From Alphaproteobacteria bacterium (lineage in GTDB: Bacteria > Pseudomonadota > Alphaproteobacteria > Caulobacterales > Aquidulcibacteraceae): a DNA stretch of 24,000 bases. The notes under the pieces were generated by a model that ran no database searches, was not told where the DNA came from, and saw only the letters and a list, made by a program, of their open reading frames with translations. Made by a program: the position numbers and the translations under genes. Position 1 is the stretch's first letter. Every line of letters starts with the position of its first letter. This document shows, piece after piece, positions 18,184 through 24,000 of the stretch. The stretch covers positions 33,917-57,916 of the forward strand of contig JAGWZE010000015.1 in assembly GCA_018969015.1 (NCBI GenBank), given 5' to 3'.

Positions 18184-20199
18184 TTAGAACTGCGCGGTGA
18201 GCGCGAGACGCATCGAGCGGCCCGGCAAGGGCGCCTTGTCCTTCAGGAAGGACGTATGCACGCGGGCGAGTTCGTCGGTGAGGTTGCGGCCGTCGAGACG
18301 CACCGTGAAGACGCCGTCCTTGCCCTGCGGACGCCAGACGAGGCTGGCGTTCACGAGAGTGTAGCCGTCCGTGGCCGATTCGAACGCGGCGGTGCGCGTC
18401 TGGCGTGCGGCGTCGACCACCTCCACCGATCCGGCCCAGGCGTCGGAGTCGGCGTCGAGGCCGACGCGCACGGTCCGCGGCGGGATGCGCGGCGGGGCGC
18501 CGCCGGCGTCGAAGGACGCGCGCACGATATCGGCGCCGATGCGGCCCGAGATCGCGAACGGGCCGGCGTCGAACAGCGCGCGACGCACGGAGAGTTCGCC
18601 GCCGGTGAACGTCGCTTCCTTTTGGACGTAATTGAACACCGGCAGAATCTTGGCGCCGGCCGGGATCGAGGGATCGGCGTCGGTCGCGGCGAAGCCGGAC
18701 AGATCGGCGGCTTCGTCCTTCCAGAACACATCGCCGCGTGCGACGAGCGCGATGTAGTCGTTGAACGCCACGCGGAAGAGATTGAGCTCCAGGCTCGTGC
18801 GCGCGCCGGTGAACCGCGCGGAGGCTTCGAGGCTGCGCGCGGTTTCGGTGGTGAGACCGACGTCGCCGAGTTCGAACGTCTCGGTGGCGAGGTGCGGGCC
18901 GTCCGCATAGAGCTCGACCGCGGAGGGCGCGCGTTCGGCGCTCGCCAGCGTCACGCCGAGGAACCAGGACTCGGCGGGGCGGGCGAACGCGCCGAGCGAG
19001 ACGCTTTTCGGCGTGAAGGCGCGGTCGCGCGCGGTGTCGGCTTCGATCTCGACGCGCTCGATGCGCGCGCCGCCTTCAAGGCCCCAGCGGCCGGCGTCCC
19101 AACGCTGGACCGTGAACAGGCCGCCCTTGTCGGTCTTTGTCGGGATGATGAAGGCCTCCTCGCCGAACGCGGCGAAGTCGACGGCGCTGACCTGCAGGCC
19201 GGTGGCGCCGCGCAGCTTCCCGATCGTGTTGTGCGCTTCGCCGCGGGCTTCCCACCCGGTGCTTTCGAAGCGCGTTCCCGGCGCGCCGTCGCCTTCGAAC
19301 TCGGTGTGGGTGTAGTCGGAGGTTTGGGCGGCCAAGTCGAGGCGGTCGATCGGGCCCCAGGAGACCTTCACGTCGCCGCGGCTTTCGATGCGCGTCTGCT
19401 CCATCTCGATGCGTCCGCCGGGTTCGCCGGCGTCTTCGGGCAGGAGGCCGTACTTGGTCTCGACGCGCTTGACGGCGACCCCGGCGAAGCCGCGCGCGCC
19501 CACGGCCGAGGCGCCTGCGCCCGCCGTCCGCAGCTGCGTCCACGTGTTCGGGACGACGCCCACGGGGGTGTCGTAGGCTTCGGTGTCGCGGGCGGAGACG
19601 CCGAGACGGAATTGCGCCGCGCCGACGCCGCCGGCGATTTCGGCGGCGCCTTCGCGGCCGTCATCGACGGACGACGCGACGGCGAGCGCCTGGCCCGAGA
19701 GGCCATCGCTGACGCGCGTGGGAATGCTCTGGTCGATGACGTTCACGACGCCGCCGATCGCGTTGCCGCCATAGGCGAGCGCCGCCGCGCCGCGCAGCAC
19801 TTCGATGCGTTCGGCGTCGAGGCCGTCGGACGTCACCGCGTGGTCGGGGCTGGCGGTGGAGGCGTCGATCGCGCCGATGCCGTTCTGCAGCACGAGCACG
19901 CGGTCTTCGCCGAGGCCGCGGATGATGGGGCGGCTGGCGCCGGCGCCGAAGAAGCTCGTGGCGATGCCGGGCGTCTTGGCGAGCGTCGTGCCAAGGCCGC
20001 CGTCGAGCGCGGCGACGATGTCGTCGCGCTTGAGCACGGAGGCGCCCTGAAGGCTTTCGATGCGGGCGCTCTCCAGCGGCGCGGTGACGATCACCTCGGG
20101 CTGGACGGGCGGCGTCTCGGCAAAGGCCGGCGACGTGACGAGGAGGGAGCCGGCGAGCGCGCACGCGCGCTTGGCTCCGCGAAAGTCGGGGAAGCTCAT
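18184..20199 (-). CDS. TonB-dependent outer-membrane receptor
   Basis: Start at MSFPDFRGAKRACALAGSLLVTSPAFA (signal peptide), then a plug domain (VIVTA..., RPIIRGLGEDRVLVLQNG) and a beta-barrel ending in the C-terminal ...RLALTAQF. The track ORF is over-extended to 20562. Confidence 0.9.
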   Translation of the reverse strand: MSFPDFRGAKRACALAGSLLVTSPAFAETPPVQPEVIVTAPLESARIESLQGASVLKRDDIVAALDGGLGTTLAKTPGIATSFFGAGASRPIIRGLGEDRVLVLQNGIGAIDASTASPDHAVTSDGLDAERIEVLRGAAALAYGGNAIGGVVNVIDQSIPTRVSDGLSGQALAVASSVDDGREGAAEIAGGVGAAQFRLGVSARDTEAYDTPVGVVPNTWTQLRTAGAGASAVGARGFAGVAVKRVETKYGLLPEDAGEPGGRIEMEQTRIESRGDVKVSWGPIDRLDLAAQTSDYTHTEFEGDGAPGTRFESTGWEARGEAHNTIGKLRGATGLQVSAVDFAAFGEEAFIIPTKTDKGGLFTVQRWDAGRWGLEGGARIERVEIEADTARDRAFTPKSVSLGAFARPAESWFLGVTLASAERAPSAVELYADGPHLATETFELGDVGLTTETARSLEASARFTGARTSLELNLFRVAFNDYIALVARGDVFWKDEAADLSGFAATDADPSIPAGAKILPVFNYVQKEATFTGGELSVRRALFDAGPFAISGRIGADIVRASFDAGGAPPRIPPRTVRVGLDADSDAWAGSVEVVDAARQTRTAAFESATDGYTLVNASLVWRPQGKDGVFTVRLDGRNLTDELARVHTSFLKDKAPLPGRSMRLALTAQF

Positions 20200-20308
20200 G
20201 GGATATCCCGATGGCCGCGCGCGAGGCGCAGCGGCCGTGATTTGATGATTGAAAGGGGAGCAAGCGCGGCGCGGCGTGACGCAGGATGCGCCCGCCGCCG
20301 CGGCGGCG

Positions 20309-20689
20309 TCAGAGCGGAGGCGCCCGGCTCCGGAATGCGAGCCGCACGCCCGGCAGATCGGCGCCGGCCGCGGCCGCGAACAAAGGCGCGGCGAGGGCGG
20401 CGGCATGCGGGGGCGGCGCGCTCGGGGGCGGCGGGCCCTCGCGGCCGCCCATGGCCAGCACGCGGCAGACGGCGCACTGGACGTGGGCCGCCGCGCCGTG
20501 GGTGTCGGCCTGCGCCGGAACCGGATGAACCGCGGCGACGCGGCCATCCGAGACGTGGACACCCCATTCCGGCTCGATGTGACCGCCGGCGACGACGGCC
20601 TGCGCCCCCGCCGCCAGAAGCAGCGTGAGCGCGAAGACCGCTCGCGCGGCGGCGGCGGCGAAACTGGTCAGGGCGCGAGGCAAGCGCAT
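20309..20689 (-). CDS. Secreted DUF2946-like protein with a CxxC motif
   Basis: Signal peptide MRLPRALTSFAAAAARAVFALTLLLAAGAQA. Central H..AAHVQCAVCRVLA followed by a Pro-rich tail, resembling the DUF2946 pattern (H...C-x-x-C-x-L-L) from memory. Located directly upstream of a TonB-dependent receptor, as is typical for that family. Confidence 0.5.
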   Translation of the reverse strand: MRLPRALTSFAAAAARAVFALTLLLAAGAQAVVAGGHIEPEWGVHVSDGRVAAVHPVPAQADTHGAAAHVQCAVCRVLAMGGREGPPPPSAPPPHAAALAAPLFAAAAGADLPGVRLAFRSRAPPL

Positions 20690-20735
20690 GGCCGGAACCT
20701 ACGGGCCCCGCAGCGAAATTGCCAGCCGGCGCCTG

Positions 20736-21560
20736 CTAGCGGTAGAGCGCGTTGAACCAGGCCGCGAGGCGGACGCCGGACTGGGCCAGGCGCTGATCCA
20801 TGAGTTCCCGCGTATCGAACAGGTAGCGCCACCCCAGGGCGGTTTGGCCCGCCGGCGGGTAGAGGCCGTCGCGGGCGGCGGCGCTCTCCGCGATCCAGAC
20901 GGTGGGGTCCGCAGTCGACCAGGCCTTCACGTTCTCACGCGTCAGGCGGCGCGACAGGAAGGCGGCGTATTCGGTGTAGGAGAGCTGGCGCCGGTCGATC
21001 ATGCCGGAGTCCCAGACGGCGTGCAGATTGGTCTGCTGGCCGAACAGCGTGACGGCGACGTCGTTGCCGCCGCGGTCCGCGCCGTTGCCCACATGAAGCG
21101 GCTGGTGCAGGTCGCCGATGATGTGGACGGCAAAGCGCAGGGCGCGCTGCTTGTCGGCGAGCGGCGCGGCGGGGTCTTTCAGCGTCTTGGCGAACTGGGC
21201 GAGCGCGGTGACGGCGTCGCCTTCGGGCGGGGCGCCGACCTCGGCGTAGGTCTTGCCCGGCGGGACCGTGACGAAGTGCCAGGGACTGGCGGCGGACTGC
21301 CAGAACGGTTCGGGGCTCGAGCGCATGTCGTCGGCCCAGGTGGAGGCTTCGGCGAGGGTCTCCGTGCCGATCACCTTGGCGATCTCGGCGCGCGCCTTCG
21401 GCTTGAGGAGCGGTTCGGCGAGCGCGCCGCCGATGCGGTGGCCCGTGGCCCCCCAAGCGAACGCGTCGGCCGGGGCCAGAAGCGCCATCGAGACCGCGAG
21501 GAGCCCGGCGCGGACGAGACCTGCGCGGATGGGGCCGGCGCCGATTGGCCAAATACGCAT
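20736..21560 (-). CDS. S1/P1 family zinc-dependent nuclease, secreted
   Basis: Signal peptide followed by AWGATGHRIGG (mature N-terminal W/H Zn ligands), HIIGDLHQPLH, and DRGGNDVAVTLFGQQTNLHAVWDSG. GGAGG Shine-Dalgarno 7 nt upstream. Confidence 0.9.
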   Translation of the reverse strand: MRIWPIGAGPIRAGLVRAGLLAVSMALLAPADAFAWGATGHRIGGALAEPLLKPKARAEIAKVIGTETLAEASTWADDMRSSPEPFWQSAASPWHFVTVPPGKTYAEVGAPPEGDAVTALAQFAKTLKDPAAPLADKQRALRFAVHIIGDLHQPLHVGNGADRGGNDVAVTLFGQQTNLHAVWDSGMIDRRQLSYTEYAAFLSRRLTRENVKAWSTADPTVWIAESAAARDGLYPPAGQTALGWRYLFDTRELMDQRLAQSGVRLAAWFNALYR

Positions 21561-21742
21561 GAGCGACCTCCAATAACTTGGAAGCGCTGTATTCCATTGG
21601 GCCGCGACGAGTCGATGACAGTCACGTCATAATCAACTCCAGTCGTCTTGCGGGCGGCGTGACGCCAGGGCGCGTCTTGCCATCCGCCCTGCGGCGCCCG
21701 ACGCTGGCCAAAAGATCTTGGCGAAAACCATGGGAGGGCGAG

Positions 21743-23056
21743 GTGGCGGATCTTCTGGCGCTGTCGCGTGCGGTGATCGATGAGGGCAAGGGCCAGGGCG
21801 TGATCGGCCCGATCAACCGGATCAATCACGAGCTCTCCGAGATCGGCGACGGCGTGGCGATGGTCGAGGCGTTCTCGCACAGCGTCGTGTTCAAGACCGA
21901 TGACGGGCTCGTCGCCTTCGACACTTCGAACGAGCACGGCGGCGGGCGCGTCGTGGAGGAGCTGCGGCGCTGGAGCGCCGATCGCTTCAACACGATCGTC
22001 TTCACGCACGGGCACATCGACCATGTCGGCGGATGCGGGGCGTTCCTGCACGACGCGGCGTCGTGCGGGTGCCCGCGGCCGCGCGTGGTGGGCCACGAGA
22101 ACGTGCCGCGGCGGTTCGAGCGCTACGAGCTCACCAACGGCTACAACAAGATCATCAACGAGCGGCAGTTCGGGCAGTTTCGCCGGCGCGGCTACGATCT
22201 GGCGGGCGCGACGCGCTTTCTGCCGACCGATACGCCGCGTCCGGACGTCACCTACCGCGACACGATGACGATGTCCGTCGGCGGGCTCGACATCGAGTTG
22301 CGCCACGCCAAAGGCGAGACGGACGATCACACCTGGGCGTGGATCCCCGCCAAGAAGGCGATCTGCGCGGGCGATTTCTTCATCTGGAATTTCCCCAACG
22401 CCGGCAATCCGCAGAAGGCGCAGCGCTATCCGCGCGAATGGGCGGCGGCGTTGCGCGACATGGCGGCCATGGATGCGGAGCTGTTCCTGCCGGCGCATGG
22501 GCTTCCTATCGGCGGGCGCGATCGGATCAAGCGCGTGCTCACCGAGGTGGCCGAGGCGCTGGAGGGGCTCGTCGCGCACACGCTCGCGCTGATGAACGAG
22601 GGGGCGCGGCTTTCGGACGTGATCCACACGGTGAAGGTCGATCCGGCGCTGCTCGAAAAGCCGTGGCTGAGCCCGCTGTATGACGAGCCCGAGTTCGTGG
22701 TGCGCAATGTCTGGCGCCTGTATGGCGGCTGGTACGACGGCAATCCCGCGAACTTGAAGCCGGCGCCCGATGCGGCCGTGGCGGCGGAGGTCGCGGCGCT
22801 CGCGGGCGGCGCGCGCCGGCTTGCGGCGCGGGCGCAGGAGCTTGCGGCGGCGGAGCCGCGTCTGGCGTGCCACCTCGCCGAGATGGCGGCGCTCGCCGCA
22901 CCCGACGACGCGGAGGTCCATGCCGCGCGCGCGGCGGTCTATCAGGCGCGGCGCGCGGGCGAGACGTCGCTGATGGCGAAGGGGATCTTCGGATCGGCGG
23001 CGAACGAGTCGATCGAAAGAGCCGGCGAAAAGTCCGGCGAGAAGTCCGGACACTGA
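21743..23056 (+). CDS. MBL-fold metallo-hydrolase, short alkyl/aryl-sulfatase-like (MBL plus dimerisation domain)
   Basis: Contains THGHIDHVGG (HxHxDH) and WRLYGGWYDGNPANLKPAP (alkyl-sulfatase dimerisation-domain motif). I prefer the GTG at 21743 (GGGAGGG upstream, N-terminus VADLLALSRAVIDEG) over the track ATG at 21578, but the start is uncertain. Confidence 0.75.
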   Translation: MADLLALSRAVIDEGKGQGVIGPINRINHELSEIGDGVAMVEAFSHSVVFKTDDGLVAFDTSNEHGGGRVVEELRRWSADRFNTIVFTHGHIDHVGGCGAFLHDAASCGCPRPRVVGHENVPRRFERYELTNGYNKIINERQFGQFRRRGYDLAGATRFLPTDTPRPDVTYRDTMTMSVGGLDIELRHAKGETDDHTWAWIPAKKAICAGDFFIWNFPNAGNPQKAQRYPREWAAALRDMAAMDAELFLPAHGLPIGGRDRIKRVLTEVAEALEGLVAHTLALMNEGARLSDVIHTVKVDPALLEKPWLSPLYDEPEFVVRNVWRLYGGWYDGNPANLKPAPDAAVAAEVAALAGGARRLAARAQELAAAEPRLACHLAEMAALAAPDDAEVHAARAAVYQARRAGETSLMAKGIFGSAANESIERAGEKSGEKSGH

Positions 23057-23088
23057 CGGATGCGCGCGAGCAATCGCGAGAGGGGGCA

Positions 23089-24000
23089 ATGATGGCGCCG
23101 GTGGAACGGTTCATCGAGACGAATGGCGTGCGGCTGCGCGCGATGGTCGAGGGGCAGGGGCCGCTCGTCCTGATGGTGCACGGATTTCCGGAGAGCTGGT
23201 ATTCCTGGCGCTGGCAGATCGGGCCGATCGCGGCGGCGGGCTTCACCGCCTGCGCGATCGACGTGCGCGGCTACGGCGCCTCCGACAAGCCGCATCCGGT
23301 CGAGGCGTATGATCTCGAAACGCTCGTCGCCGACATCGCCGGCGTGATCGACGCGTTCGGCGCGGAGAAGGCGATCCTGATTGGCCACGATTGGGGCGCG
23401 CCGCAGGTGTGGACGACGGCGCTCGCACGGGCCGATCGCGTGCGTGCGGTGGCGGGGCTTTCGGTGCCCTATACGGGGCGGGCGCCCGCGCCGTTCATCG
23501 ATCTCGTGACGGAGGCGTTCACGAAGAAGGGGCGATTCTTCTATCAGGTCTGGTTCCAGGAGGAGGGGCCGGCGGAAGCCGAGCTCGAGGCCGATCCGCG
23601 CGCGAGCCTGCGCAAGTTCCTCTACGCGATCAGCGGCGATGCGCCGGACGGCACGTGGCCCACCGACAAGAAGCACGGCGACACGCTGTTGCACCGCCTG
23701 CCCGATCCCGACCCGTTCCCGGCCTGGCTGTCGCGGGCGGACGAGGACTATTACACCGCCGAGTTCACGCGCTCGGGCTTCCGCGGGCCGCTGAACCGCT
23801 ACCGCAACCACCGGCGCGACTTCGCCTATGCTGCGACGCTTGCCGATCCCGTCATCCGCCAGCCGGCGCTGTTCATCGGCGGCACCCGCGATCTGGTGCT
23901 GAAAATGCTGCCGGGCGTCGATCCCGTCGCGCTGATGGCGCCGCACTTCGCGGACCTGCGCGGGGCGCATCTGATCGAGGGCTGCGGCCACTGGACCCAG
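23089..24000 (+). CDS. Alpha/beta-hydrolase, epoxide-hydrolase-like; the 3' end runs off the right edge
   Basis: Hand translation gives MMAPVERFIETNGVRLRAMVEGQGPLVLMVHGFPESWYSWRWQ...LIGHDWGAPQVW...GCGHWTQ. It has the HGFP oxyanion motif, the GHDWG nucleophile elbow and a C-terminal catalytic His. Not in the ORF track because it is open-ended. Confidence 0.85.
   Translation, partial: MMAPVERFIETNGVRLRAMVEGQGPLVLMVHGFPESWYSWRWQIGPIAAAGFTACAIDVRGYGASDKPHPVEAYDLETLVADIAGVIDAFGAEKAILIGHDWGAPQVWTTALARADRVRAVAGLSVPYTGRAPAPFIDLVTEAFTKKGRFFYQVWFQEEGPAEAELEADPRASLRKFLYAISGDAPDGTWPTDKKHGDTLLHRLPDPDPFPAWLSRADEDYYTAEFTRSGFRGPLNRYRNHRRDFAYAATLADPVIRQPALFIGGTRDLVLKMLPGVDPVALMAPHFADLRGAHLIEGCGHWTQ

Noticed and set aside
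20200-20562. N-terminal extension of the TonB-dependent receptor ORF (792 aa in the track). Similar 5' extensions occur for the KGG gene (to 7336), yghU (to 13357), the Sel1 gene (from 9257), gatA (from 4435) and the DUF1476 gene (to 1190).
   Set aside because: The extensions are Arg/Pro-rich or have A/T-rich third positions. They lack homology-like sequence and precede internal starts that have proper Shine-Dalgarno sequences and the expected N-termini or signal peptides.

Overview
Very GC-rich chromosomal segment; third codon positions are almost all G/C. Gene order (pyrB-pyrC'-plsY, ruvX-gatC-gatA, separate gatB) and stacked REP-like palindromes suggest an alphaproteobacterium of the Rhizobiales/Hyphomicrobiales type; this taxon call is an inference. 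Most of the window is housekeeping: plsY, a DUF1476/zeta-like gene, pyrC', pyrB, ruvX, gatC, gatA, gatB, tRNA-Ser(GCU), a SAM methyltransferase, yghU and katG. Accessory-looking content is as follows. (i) A LuxR/LuxI acyl-homoserine-lactone quorum-sensing pair with a tightly coupled 74-codon ORF after luxI. (ii) A minus-strand cluster of S1/P1 nuclease, a DUF2946-like secreted CxxC protein and a TonB-dependent receptor. (iii) A KGG-repeat stress protein with a possible EcfG-type promoter. (iv) About 350 nt of unassigned non-coding sequence between katG and yghU, closed by a strong terminator-like hairpin. (v) At least three families of intergenic palindromic repeats, one present as an identical 35-bp copy just downstream of both gatB and katG. 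I see no CRISPR array, integrase, transposase or recognisable defence system. The best candidates for something undescribed are the luxI-coupled small ORF and the unassigned RNA-like stretch, and neither can be proven from sequence alone. The ORF track omits two edge-truncated genes (plsY at the left edge, an epoxide-hydrolase-like gene at the right edge), which I translated by hand. Many long ORFs in the track are antisense shadows of real genes, as expected at this GC content.
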